A stretch of DNA of 15,510 bases from Myxococcales bacterium (GTDB lineage: Bacteria > Myxococcota > Myxococcia > Myxococcales > Anaeromyxobacteraceae), in assembly GCA_038320275.1 (NCBI GenBank), contig JBBQEB010000089.1:1-15510 (forward strand), in the 5' to 3' direction. A program made the position numbers and the translations under genes. This document shows, in pieces, positions 1-8,312 of the stretch (position 1 is its first letter; every line of letters begins with the position of its first letter). The notes under the pieces were generated by a model, which had not been told where the DNA came from, did not search any database, and saw only the letters and a program-made list of their open reading frames with translations.

Positions 1-611
1 GCGCTGTTCGCGAGGTGGTGCATGGGCGGGGAGACGCCGGCCGCTGCGAGGGTCCGCGACGCCTTCTCGTAGAGCTCCACCTGGCGGTCGGTGGTGCCGC
101 GGGGATCGAGATCGGCGCTCGCGAAGTGCGTGCACAGCCCCTCCAGCATGACCTCCGGCGCGCGCCGAAGATCCTGGATCAGCGCCGGCAGCTCGCCCGG
201 GAGCGCGCCGATGCGGCCCATCCCGGTGTCGAGCTTGAGGTGTGCCGGAGCGCGCGCGCCCGCCTCTCGCGCCGCCGCGGCGAGCGCCGTCACGTGCTCG
301 CGCGTGAAGACGAGCGGGGTGAGGCGGTGGCGCACGAGGAGGTCGTACCGACCTCCGTAGGCGGCCCCCAGCACGAGCACCGGCAGCTCGAGGCCCGCTT
401 CCCGCAGCTCGATCCCCTCCTCCACCAGCGCGACCCCCAGCATGGGGGCGCCGGCCTTCGCCAGAGCCTGCGCGACCGGCACCGCGCCGTGGCCGTAGGC
501 GTCGGCCTTCACGATGCCGATGACGGGGCGTCCACCGACCTCGACAGCCAGCCGGTAGTTGGAGGTGAGCGCGTCGAGATCGACGACGGCCTCGGTCGGT
601 CGCAGGCTCAT
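1..611 (-). CDS. alr: Alanine racemase, N-terminal part (runs off the left edge)
   Basis: Not in the ORF track. Manual translation from ATG 611 gives MSLRPTEAVVDLDALTSNYRL...GIVKADAYGHGA (PLP-lysine motif), HLKLDTGMGRIG, GLCTHFASAD and HLANS, all alanine racemase motifs. Confidence 0.96.
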   Translation of the reverse strand, partial: MSLRPTEAVVDLDALTSNYRLAVEVGGRPVIGIVKADAYGHGAVPVAQALAKAGAPMLGVALVEEGIELREAGLELPVLVLGAAYGGRYDLLVRHRLTPLVFTREHVTALAAAAREAGARAPAHLKLDTGMGRIGALPGELPALIQDLRRAPEVMLEGLCTHFASADLDPRGTTDRQVELYEKASRTLAAAGVSPPMHHLANS

Positions 612-684
612 CGCGGGCGACGGTGGCAGGGAACGCAGCGGCGATCAAGCGCACGCGAGCGCGATCCTGTATAGATGCGCGCCC

Positions 685-1104
685 ATGCTCAAGGTCGGCG
701 GCGAGGTGGACAGCCTCTGCACGAAGTGCGAGATGACCCTGGCGCACACCATCATCGCGATGGTGGCGGGCAGGCCGGTGAAGGTGGAGTGCAACACCTG
801 CCACGGCGTCCACCGCTACCGCGGCGATCTGCCCAAGGCCGGCGCCACGCCCGCCGCTCGGGCGCGCGCGACGAAGGCCGCGGCCTCCCGCCCGGCGCGC
901 CCCGGCCTGTCCTTCGACGAGGCGCTGCGCGGGAAGAACCTCGCCATGGCTCAGCGCTACTCGCCGCGCGGAAGCTTCGGGCTCGATCAGGTGATCGAGC
1001 ATCCCACCTTTGGCCTGGGCTGGGTGTCGGCCGTGCGCGACGTCACCAAGATCGAGGTCACCTTTCGGAACGACGTGAAGGTGCTGGTGCAGGGGAAGGC
1101 CTGA
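685..1104 (+). CDS. Hypothetical protein (139 aa): Zn-ribbon (CxxC...CxxC), Ala/Arg/Pro linker, C-terminal Tudor/SH3-like domain
   Basis: ATG 685, MLKVGGEVDSLCTKC...VECNTCHGVHRYR; C-terminus FGLDQVIEHPTFGLGWVSAVRDVTKIEVTF; GC3-rich codons; divergent from alr. Confidence 0.85.
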   Translation: MLKVGGEVDSLCTKCEMTLAHTIIAMVAGRPVKVECNTCHGVHRYRGDLPKAGATPAARARATKAAASRPARPGLSFDEALRGKNLAMAQRYSPRGSFGLDQVIEHPTFGLGWVSAVRDVTKIEVTFRNDVKVLVQGKA

Positions 1105-1123
1105 GGCACAGCGGTCTTCGCCA

Positions 1124-1819
1124 TCAGGTCCCCCGCGCGGCCTGGAGCGTCCGGGCGAGATCCTCCGGGAGCGGCGCCGCGAGCGCGAGCGGCTTCCCGG
1201 TGAGCGGGTGCGCGAAACGCAATTCCACCGCGTGGAGCGGCGTGCGCGCGATCAGCACCGCGCCGTCGCGGCCGAGGAGCGGGCCCGCCTCGCCGTAGTC
1301 GGGATCGACCGCCAGCGGCGTTCCGCCGTGGGCGAGGTGCACCCGGAGCTGATGCGTGCGGCCGGTCTCGGGCAGCGCCTCCACCAGCGCCAGGGCGGGG
1401 AGCGGCGGGCGCGGCGCGAACCGCTCCAGCACCCGCACCGCCGTTACCGCGGACTTTCCGCGCGGATCGCCGAGGTGCGCCGGTCGCATGCGCCCGCGCC
1501 GCGCTGGCGCGATGGGAACGTCGATGCGCGCGGCGTCCGGCGGGCTGCCGCGCACGAGGGCCAGGTAGCGCTTCGTCACGCCGCGGTGCTCGAAGGCGAG
1601 GCAGAGGGTGCGATGGGCCCCCGCGCTGCGCGCGAAGACGAGGACGCCGGTCGTCCCGCGGTCGAGCCGGTGCACCACCCAGAGAGGTCCGTGCAGGGAG
1701 GCCAGCTCCTCACGCAGGCTCGGCTCGCCCGCGGAGGGGTTGCGCCCGGGGATGACCAGGCGTCCGGCGGGCTTGTCGACGGCGAGGAGGGCCTCGTCGG
1801 CGTGGAGGATGGGGATCAC
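1124..1819 (-). CDS. RluA-family RNA pseudouridine synthase
   Basis: Motifs VDKPAG, VHRLDRGTTG (catalytic Asp) and ETGRTHQLRVHL. GTG start at 1819 overlaps the upstream stop (GTGA). The longer N-terminus in the ORF track is a shadow of the M16 gene. Confidence 0.93.
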   Translation of the reverse strand: MIPILHADEALLAVDKPAGRLVIPGRNPSAGEPSLREELASLHGPLWVVHRLDRGTTGVLVFARSAGAHRTLCLAFEHRGVTKRYLALVRGSPPDAARIDVPIAPARRGRMRPAHLGDPRGKSAVTAVRVLERFAPRPPLPALALVEALPETGRTHQLRVHLAHGGTPLAVDPDYGEAGPLLGRDGAVLIARTPLHAVELRFAHPLTGKPLALAAPLPEDLARTLQAARGT

Positions 1820-3138
1820 AGCACGGAGCGGGCCGGCTTCACCGCCACCGGGCCGAAGCGCTCCAGCCCCTTCGCGATCTTCCGCGCCGGCCCGACCGCC
1901 ACGATCACCCCTCGGCCGAGCGGGAAGTGCTCCCGGGCGACGGTGCGGCAAGCCTCCGCGCCGACGGCCCTCACCCGCTCGCGATAGCCGGTGACCTCCT
2001 CCTCCGGGATGCCGTAAAGCCGCATGTCCGAGAGCTTGTCCGCCACCTGGTCGTGCGTCTCCAGGGACAGTGGGTACAGGCCCGCGAGGTAGTTCTGCGC
2101 CCTCAGCAGCTCCTCCTCGCCCGGGCCTTCCGCCGCGAAGCGGTCCGCCTCGTCGAGGACGACCTGCACCAGCTCGGCGGTGCTCTCCACCTTGGTGAAG
2201 GAGCTCACGTAGAACATTCCTGCGGCGCGGCTCATGGAGAAGCGGCTTCGCACGCCGTACGAGAGCCCGCGGTTCACCCGGACCGCCTCCATCAGCCGTG
2301 AGGTGAAGCCGCCGCCGAAGACGGCGTTGGACACCAGGGCCGGGAAGTACGCGCCGGTCGCCCGGGGGAGCGCATCGGTGGCGATGCGCACCTGCGTCTG
2401 CGTGGCGTCCGGCTTGTCGAGGACGAGCACCGAGCGCGCCACCCTGGGCGCGGCGGGGAGCGGAGGTGGCGTCTCGGCCGCGGAGCGCCAGGCGCCGAGC
2501 TTGCGCCGCGCCAGCTCCAGCGCCCGCTCCGGCTCGACCGCCCCCACCACCACCAGCGTCGCGGCGGCCGGCCCGAACCAGCGGGTGTGGAACTCGACCG
2601 CGTCGGCGCGCTTCAGCCGCTCGAGGTGGCGCACGCTTCCGTCGGGCGGATGGCCGTAAGGGTGTCCGCGAAACACCGCCTGCACCATCGCCCGGTCCGC
2701 GATGGCCCCACCTTCGTCGAGCACGTGAGCGAAGCCGGCGATCTCGCGCCTCCGCACGCGCTCCCACTCTCGCGCGGGGAAGACGGGCGCCGTGGCGACC
2801 TCCACCACGAGGTCGAGGAGCTCCTTCAGGAACTCGGCAGGGGCGGAGAGCCCGAAGGAGCTCGCGTCCTCGTCCACCCCGGCGCCGAGCTCGCTCCCGA
2901 GGCCCTCCACCTTGTCGTCGATCTGCGGGCCGGTGTGCCTGCGCGTCCCGCGGCGGGCAACCTGGGTGACGAGGCTCGCGAGGCCGTGGCCCCGCGCCGG
3001 GTCGAGGGCTGCGCCAGCGGAGAGCACGAGCCGCACGGCCACGAGCGGCACGCCGGGCCTCCCTGCGACGACCACCCCCGCGCCGTTTCGCAGCCGCTCC
3101 TCCGTGCGGGGAGGCAGCGTCATCGAGCCCCCGCTCAC
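1816..3138 (-). CDS. M16 (pitrilysin) family peptidase, non-catalytic subunit
   Basis: M16 signatures (HPYGHP, GGGFTSRLMEAVRVNRGLSYGV with the R/Y pair) but no HxxEH (LASLVTQV at that site). GTG 3138 overlaps the upstream TGA; alternative ATG at 3123. Confidence 0.92.
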   Translation of the reverse strand: MSGGSMTLPPRTEERLRNGAGVVVAGRPGVPLVAVRLVLSAGAALDPARGHGLASLVTQVARRGTRRHTGPQIDDKVEGLGSELGAGVDEDASSFGLSAPAEFLKELLDLVVEVATAPVFPAREWERVRRREIAGFAHVLDEGGAIADRAMVQAVFRGHPYGHPPDGSVRHLERLKRADAVEFHTRWFGPAAATLVVVGAVEPERALELARRKLGAWRSAAETPPPLPAAPRVARSVLVLDKPDATQTQVRIATDALPRATGAYFPALVSNAVFGGGFTSRLMEAVRVNRGLSYGVRSRFSMSRAAGMFYVSSFTKVESTAELVQVVLDEADRFAAEGPGEEELLRAQNYLAGLYPLSLETHDQVADKLSDMRLYGIPEEEVTGYRERVRAVGAEACRTVAREHFPLGRGVIVAVGPARKIAKGLERFGPVAVKPARSVL

Positions 3139-4424
3139 CCTGCCACCCCGGGGTCGAGCGTCACCACGCAGCGGCGCGAAGGGTCGAGCCAGGCGGAGGC
3201 CACCCTCTTCACGTCCTGCCGCCCGACCGCGGCGTAGAGCTCGAGCGCCCGCCCCGCCTCGCGCCAGTCGCCGAGCAGCGCCTCCGACTGCCCGAGGGCG
3301 TGGGCGACGCCGTCGTGGGTGGCGAGCTCGTGGAGCACGGAGCTTCGCAGGAGGCGCTGCGCCCGGACCAGCTCCGAGGCGCCGATGCCCGAAGCCGCCA
3401 CGCGTGCCAGCTCCTCCCAGAGCACCCGCTCCACCTTCTGTACCTTCGCCCCCGGAGTCAGCTCGGCGAAGAGGAGGAACACGCCCGGATCGAGCCGCCA
3501 GCTCCAGGAGGCGTGCACCGAGACCGCCAGCTCCAGGTCCTCCACCAGGCGCCGGCGCAGGCGCGACGCCTCGCCGCCGGCCAGGGCGACCTGCAGGATG
3601 TCGAGCGCGGCCGAATCCTCGCTCCGGGCCGGCGGACCGCGGAAGCCGGCCAGCACCGCTCCGGCTTGCGACGGGTAACGCACGACCGCGCGCCGCTCGC
3701 CGCGTGGCGGGGGCTCGCCCTGGGGCACCGGGGCGGGGGCCGGGCCGGCCGGGATCCCGCCATAGGCCCGCTCGATGAGCGCCAGGGTGGGCTCGGGGTC
3801 GAGGTCGCCCACCGCGTAGATGGTGGCGTTCCCGGGCGCGTAGAAGGTGCGAAAGAAGTCGATGCAGTCACCGCGCGTGATCCGGTCGATGTCGTCCGGC
3901 CAGCCGATGACCGGCCATCGGTACGGGTGTGCGAGGAAGACCAGCGACTCGAGCTGCTCCTCCATGAGGCCGAAGATGGAGTTCTCGGTGCGCAGCCGCC
4001 GCTCCTCCTTCACGACCTGCCGCTCCGACTCCAGCGTCTCGGGGGTGAGCGCCAGGGAGCGCATGCGGTCCGACTCGAGGTCCACCACCACCTCCAGCGC
4101 GTCCGAGGCGAAGTCGTCGTGGTAGGCGGTGACGTCGTTCGAGGTGTAGGCGTTGGAGCTGCCGCCGCGGGACTCCAGCACACGGTCGAACTCCTTGGGG
4201 CCGTACTTCCCCGCGCCGTTGAACATCATGTGCTCGAACAGATGGCTGATGCCGGTGATGCCGAGCCGCTCGTTGCGCGAACCGACTGCGAAGAAGGTGT
4301 AGTAGCTCACCGTGGGCGCGCTTCGGTCGGCGAGGAGCCGCACGCGCAGTCCATTCGGCAGGGCATGCGTGACGACGCGGTCGAGATCGAGGACGGGAGG
4401 GTGGGGAGGAGGCGCGTGGCGCAT
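3135..4424 (-). CDS. M16 family zinc peptidase, catalytic subunit
   Basis: GISHLFEHMMF (HxxEH), NAYTSND, ERQVVKEERR, HPYRWPVIGW. Start placed at ATG 4424, 10 nt after a -10-like TATCCT. Confidence 0.94.
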   Translation of the reverse strand: MRHAPPPHPPVLDLDRVVTHALPNGLRVRLLADRSAPTVSYYTFFAVGSRNERLGITGISHLFEHMMFNGAGKYGPKEFDRVLESRGGSSNAYTSNDVTAYHDDFASDALEVVVDLESDRMRSLALTPETLESERQVVKEERRLRTENSIFGLMEEQLESLVFLAHPYRWPVIGWPDDIDRITRGDCIDFFRTFYAPGNATIYAVGDLDPEPTLALIERAYGGIPAGPAPAPVPQGEPPPRGERRAVVRYPSQAGAVLAGFRGPPARSEDSAALDILQVALAGGEASRLRRRLVEDLELAVSVHASWSWRLDPGVFLLFAELTPGAKVQKVERVLWEELARVAASGIGASELVRAQRLLRSSVLHELATHDGVAHALGQSEALLGDWREAGRALELYAAVGRQDVKRVASAWLDPSRRCVVTLDPGVAG

Positions 4425-4510
4425 CGAGCGGCGAAGGATAGCGCCGGGCGCAGCCTGGCGCCTGCCCGGTTCCGTGCGGCGACCCCGACGCAGGGTTACG
4501 TTCACGCCAT

Positions 4511-4528
4511 GCGAAAGATTTAGTTCGC
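4511..4528. promoter_or_regulatory. Inverted repeat GCGAA-N8-TTCGC, candidate operator between the divergent M16 operon and XRE gene
   Basis: GCGAA agatttag TTCGC in a locally AT-rich intergenic patch; function inferred. Confidence 0.35.
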
Positions 4529-4614
4529 TTTTCCAACGGACCGGGCTCAGGCCCCACTGGTCAGCGCCTCAGGGCGCAGCAGCGGAAGCCCCCGAACGGT
4601 CGCCAGGGACTCAC

Positions 4615-4893
4615 ATGGCGGCAGCCAAGATCGCAGTGCTGAGAAAACCCACCTCGAAGGCGAGGCAATCCTCCCGCGCGACGGGGCGGGACAGCCTCGA
4701 AAAGCTCGGCGAGCGGGTCCGCGCCCTCCGCCACCAGCGCAACATGACGCAGGAAGAGCTCGCCCACGCCCTCAGCCTGTCGGTGGCCTACGTCAGCCTC
4801 ATCGAGCGCGGCGGGCGCAACTCGCCCTACCTCACCGTCGTCGCGATCGCGCGAGCGCTCGGGGTCCCCACCAGCAAGCTCTGCGAGAGCTGA
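4615..4893 (+). CDS. XRE-family helix-turn-helix transcriptional regulator (92 aa)
   Basis: LGERVRALRHQRNMTQEELAHALSLSVAYVSLIERGGRN...IARALGV is an HTH_3 pattern; ATG 4615 preceded by AGGGA. Confidence 0.9.
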   Translation: MAAAKIAVLRKPTSKARQSSRATGRDSLEKLGERVRALRHQRNMTQEELAHALSLSVAYVSLIERGGRNSPYLTVVAIARALGVPTSKLCES

Positions 4894-4897
4894 CCTA

Positions 4898-5170
4898 TCA
4901 GACTCGCGCCCGGCGCCCCGCCCTCTGCCGAGGGCGCGGGCTCGCCCTGCGGATGGCGTCGAGCGGTCGCTCGCACTCCGCGCACCGGCCGAGCCGCCGG
5001 CGCAGCGGGAGGCCGCAGCCGGCGCAGCGCGCCACCTCGGCCCTGGCCGCCAGGTGGGTGGTACGGCCGTCGCCGGGCGGAGGCCTCCCGCTCTCCAGCC
5101 GGCTCACCCGGTCCTCGAGCGCGGCCAGCCGCAGCGCGACATCGCGTGGGAGTACGATCCGTGGGGCCAT
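4898..5170 (-). CDS. Small hypothetical protein (90 aa): short coiled coil plus CxxC-x10-CxxC zinc ribbon
   Basis: MAPRIVLPRDVALRLAALEDRVSRLE...CAGCGLPLRRRLGRCAECERPL; preceded by TTGACG-N17-CACGCT; fills the gap between the XRE and HAD genes. Confidence 0.65.
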   Translation of the reverse strand: MAPRIVLPRDVALRLAALEDRVSRLESGRPPPGDGRTTHLAARAEVARCAGCGLPLRRRLGRCAECERPLDAIRRASPRPRQRAGRRARV

Positions 5171-5179
5171 CGGCGGAGG

Positions 5180-5208
5180 AGCGTGCCCGCGCGCCCGGGC
5201 TTCGTCAA
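5180..5208 (-). promoter_or_regulatory. Sigma70-type promoter for the 4898..5170 ORF
   Basis: Minus strand TTGACG (5208-5203), 17-nt spacer, CACGCT (5185-5180), ATG 9 nt later. Confidence 0.55.
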
Positions 5209-5221
5209 CTCGTCCGTCGGA

Positions 5222-5250
5222 TTGTGAGAGGGCATATCGCGTGATATCTC
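5222..5250 (+). promoter_or_regulatory. Sigma70-type promoter for the 5'-nucleotidase, overlapped by palindrome ATATC-N4-GATAT (5234..5247)
   Basis: TTGTGA (5222-5227), 17-nt spacer, extended TGn-TATCTC (5245-5250), ATG 5259 8 nt later. Confidence 0.45.
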
Positions 5251-5258
5251 GCCCGACC

Positions 5259-6914
5259 ATGCGCCCTCCCAGAAGTACCCCGCAGGCGAGCGGCACGACC
5301 AATCCGCCGGGGAAGGCGTATGCCGACGCCGACGTCGTCTCCATGCTGGAGCGGCCGCGCGTTCCGCTCCGGGAGGTGCCATTCGCCCGCCAGATCTTCG
5401 TCAACCGCAATTTGCGCCTCGACAAGATCGATCTGGTCGGCTTCGACATGGACTACACCCTCGCCATCTACCACCTGCGCCAGATCGAGGAGCTCGCATT
5501 CGGGCTCACCATGGCGCGGCTGGTGGATGGGCTCGGCTATCCGCGCGAGCTGTCCGGCCTCGCCTATGACCCGGAGTTTGTGGTGCGCGGGCTCGTGGTG
5601 GACAGGCAGGCGGGCAACATCTTCAAGATGGACCGGCACAACCATTGTGGGCGCGCCTATCACGGCCTGCGCCCGCTCTCCTACGACGAGGTGAAGCGAC
5701 TCTACCGGGACGAGAAAGTGCACCTCTCGATGCCCCGCTTCGCCTGGATCGACACCCTCTTCGCGCTGCCGGAGGGCTGCCTCTTCGCGCAGGTGATCGA
5801 GCACGAGGAGGCCGCCGGCAGGAGCGTGGACTACGCCAAGCTGTACGACGACATCCGCGAGTCCATCGACACGGTGCACCGCGACGGCACGCTGAAGCGG
5901 ATCGTCACGGCCGACCTCACGCGCTTCGTGGTGAAGGATCCCGAGCTCGGGCCCGCGCTGCACAAGCTGCGGTCGGGCGGCAAGAAGCTGTTCCTCCTCA
6001 CCAACTCCTTCTCCGACTACACCCAGGCTGTCATGAGCCACGTGCTCGACGGCGTGCTCCCGGAGTACCCGAGCTGGAGGAACTACTTCGACGTCATCAT
6101 GACCGGCGCCGCCAAGCCGGGCTGGTTCTCGGACAAGAAGCCCATCCGCATGCTCGACGAGCGGGGGGAGCCCACGGGCGAGGCGACCTCGCTCGAGCGC
6201 GGGCGCGTCTACCAGGGCGGCAGCCTGCACGCGTTCGAGCGCCTGTTCGGGATCGGAGGCGACCGCGTCCTCTACGTGGGCGATCACATCTACGGCGACA
6301 TCCTCAGGTCGAAGAAGAGCTCGCTGTGGCGCACCTGCCTCGTGGTGCAGGAGGTCGAGCCGGAGCTGGCCTGGCTGGAGAAGAACGCCGCCTCGCTGGA
6401 GGAGATGTCGCGGCTCGAGGAACTTCGCGCCCGCCTCGAGGACGAGATCGCGGTGCGCAAGAGCGGGCTCAACGGCCTCGACCGCCGGCTCGACCGCGCG
6501 CCGCCCGCCGCCCCTGGCCGCGATGGGCTGGAGGAGGAGCGGCGCGAGCTGAAGCACGAGCTGGAGAGGCTGCGCCGCGCCCGGCGCGACGCGGAGGGCC
6601 GGGTGGCGGAGCTGGAGCGCTCGGTCGAGCTCGGCTTCAACCGCTACTGGGGGCTCACCTTCAAGGAAGGCAACGAGAACTCTCGCTTCGGCGAGCAGAT
6701 CGAGGACTACGCCTGCATCTACACCAGCCGGGCCTCGAACTTCGTCTTCTACTCCCCGATGCAGTATCTCAGGGCGCTGCGCGCAGCGATGCCCCACGAG
6801 CGGCTGATGGTGCGCATGGCCCCCTATGGCGCCGAGCACGAACAGGCCTCGGCGGCCGCCCGACCGTCCAAGGCGAGCGCGACCTTGGGCGAGGAGGCGG
6901 CACCACCGGGGTGA
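5259..6914 (+). CDS. HAD-IG family (cN-II/NT5C2-like) 5'-nucleotidase with a coiled-coil insertion
   Basis: IFVNRNL...GFDMDYTLA (motif I), FLLTNS, AAKPGWF, YVGDHIYGDI (motif IV), WRTCLVV, YACIYTSRASN. Start is 5259 or 5343. Confidence 0.93.
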   Translation: MRPPRSTPQASGTTNPPGKAYADADVVSMLERPRVPLREVPFARQIFVNRNLRLDKIDLVGFDMDYTLAIYHLRQIEELAFGLTMARLVDGLGYPRELSGLAYDPEFVVRGLVVDRQAGNIFKMDRHNHCGRAYHGLRPLSYDEVKRLYRDEKVHLSMPRFAWIDTLFALPEGCLFAQVIEHEEAAGRSVDYAKLYDDIRESIDTVHRDGTLKRIVTADLTRFVVKDPELGPALHKLRSGGKKLFLLTNSFSDYTQAVMSHVLDGVLPEYPSWRNYFDVIMTGAAKPGWFSDKKPIRMLDERGEPTGEATSLERGRVYQGGSLHAFERLFGIGGDRVLYVGDHIYGDILRSKKSSLWRTCLVVQEVEPELAWLEKNAASLEEMSRLEELRARLEDEIAVRKSGLNGLDRRLDRAPPAAPGRDGLEEERRELKHELERLRRARRDAEGRVAELERSVELGFNRYWGLTFKEGNENSRFGEQIEDYACIYTSRASNFVFYSPMQYLRALRAAMPHERLMVRMAPYGAEHEQASAAARPSKASATLGEEAAPPG

Positions 6915-6935
6915 GCGGCAGTCGGGGCGCCTGGG

Positions 6936-8216
6936 TCATCCTGCTGCCCGAGCAGCCTGGGAACGCGGGGTGCTGGGCGCGGTGCCGGGCGCGGCGCGCG
7001 CCCTGCGAGCGGCTCCGCGAGCCGTGACGACGACCCAGCCACCGGACAGCGCGGCCAGGAGCGCAGCGCATGCCGCGAGCAGCGCACCGGTCGCGCCCGG
7101 CGGGCGCACCACCGCCACCGCTACCGCCACCAGGCACAGGCGCGAGAGCTCCAACGGCACCGCCCACCGCCGCCCATCGAGGAGCGCGCCCACGGCGAGG
7201 AGGGTGGCGAGCGCGAGGGCCGCCGCCACCGCCAGGGAGCTTCGTGGCGCGGTCATCTGCAGGAGGATCATGAGGAACGTCGCGGCCACGAGCGGCGCAA
7301 ACTGCGCCGCAGCGTAGGGCCGCACCCACGCCGCGAGCGGCGGGTCGTGCTTGGGACGGGCGAGGAGCTCGGCCTCGGAGGGCGGCGTCTCGCCCCCGGG
7401 ATCCCAGGCCGGCGAGGCCCACCAGACGCGCAGGCGGTCCCAGCCGCGCAGCCGGCGCGACCGCGAGGCCAGCGCAGCGTAGAGCTGCACCTGAGCCCAG
7501 ACCGGGTCGAAGCTCGCGAGCGGCTTCGTCGTTCCGTACACCGGACTCGCCTCCTCCGGAGCATAAGTGCCGAAGAGCCGGTCCCAGACGATGAGCACCG
7601 CGCCGTAGTTCTTGTCGAGGTACTGAGGATTCACTGCGTGGTGCACCCGGTGGTGGGAGGGCGTGTTGAGCACGCGCTCCAGCGGGCCCAGCCTCCCGAC
7701 GAGCTCGGTGTGGATCCAGAACTGGTACAGGGTGGAGAAGCCCACCGTGGCGGCGTAGGCGATGGGGGGCACCCCCAGGAAGGCCATGGGGTAGTAGAAA
7801 GGCAGCGCCGTGAAGCTCGTCACGATGGACTGCCGGAGCGCGACGGCGAGGTTGTAGTCCTCCGACTGATGGTGAACCCCGTGCGCGGCCCACAGGACGT
7901 TCACCTCGTGGGAGAGCCGGTGCCAGGCGTAGTAGAGGAGATCCACCGCGAAGAAGGCGATGATCCAGGGCACGAGGCTGGACGGCGAAAAGGTGACCAG
8001 CCGGAAGCGGTCGTAGAGGAGCGTGTAGCCGGCCAGGATGGCTCCCCCGGCGAACACCATCGTGATCTGCTGGCCCACTCCGCAGCCGAGATCCGCCAGC
8101 ACGTCGGGCAGCCGGTAGAGCCCACGCCGGCCCCGGGCCCGCCCGACGAAGAGCTCCAGCGCCATGAAGAGCAAGAAGAAGGGGATGGCGAAGGCGATGG
8201 CGTTGCGGACCTGCAC
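6936..8216 (-). CDS. Fatty-acid hydroxylase/sterol desaturase family membrane protein, alkylglycerol monooxygenase (AGMO)-like
   Basis: His boxes WHRLSHE, HGVHHQSEDYNL, QFWIHTE and TPSHHRVHH, plus DKNYG and hydrophobic segments; GTG 8216 downstream of AGAGGAGG. Confidence 0.9.
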   Translation of the reverse strand: MQVRNAIAFAIPFFLLFMALELFVGRARGRRGLYRLPDVLADLGCGVGQQITMVFAGGAILAGYTLLYDRFRLVTFSPSSLVPWIIAFFAVDLLYYAWHRLSHEVNVLWAAHGVHHQSEDYNLAVALRQSIVTSFTALPFYYPMAFLGVPPIAYAATVGFSTLYQFWIHTELVGRLGPLERVLNTPSHHRVHHAVNPQYLDKNYGAVLIVWDRLFGTYAPEEASPVYGTTKPLASFDPVWAQVQLYAALASRSRRLRGWDRLRVWWASPAWDPGGETPPSEAELLARPKHDPPLAAWVRPYAAAQFAPLVAATFLMILLQMTAPRSSLAVAAALALATLLAVGALLDGRRWAVPLELSRLCLVAVAVAVVRPPGATGALLAACAALLAALSGGWVVVTARGAARRARAAPGTAPSTPRSQAARAAG

Positions 8217-8276
8217 CGGGAGAGGACCCTCCTCTCGTTGATGTAAGGCGCCCTCGGGCCCGGCGGAAGGCGGGTC

Positions 8277-8305
8277 TTGACCGCGCCTCGTCACGGCCCT
8301 ACACC
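8277..8305 (+). promoter_or_regulatory. Sigma70-type promoter of selC
   Basis: TTGACC (8277-8282), 17-nt spacer, TACACC (8300-8305), 7 nt before the tRNA 5' end. Confidence 0.6.
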
Positions 8306-8312
8306 GGACGGC

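Noticed and set aside
15..674. 219-aa plus-strand ORF and other long antisense or alternate-frame ORFs (e.g. 3300..4523, 5205..6839, 10607..12241, 12882..14843, 13493..15262)
   Set aside because: They are shadows of well-supported genes in GC-rich DNA with few stop codons, and carry no recognisable motifs.
1124..2767. Apparent 547-aa RluA with a long N-terminal extension
   Set aside because: The extension is Arg/Gly-rich off-frame sequence inside the M16 gene; RluA similarity begins at GTG 1819.
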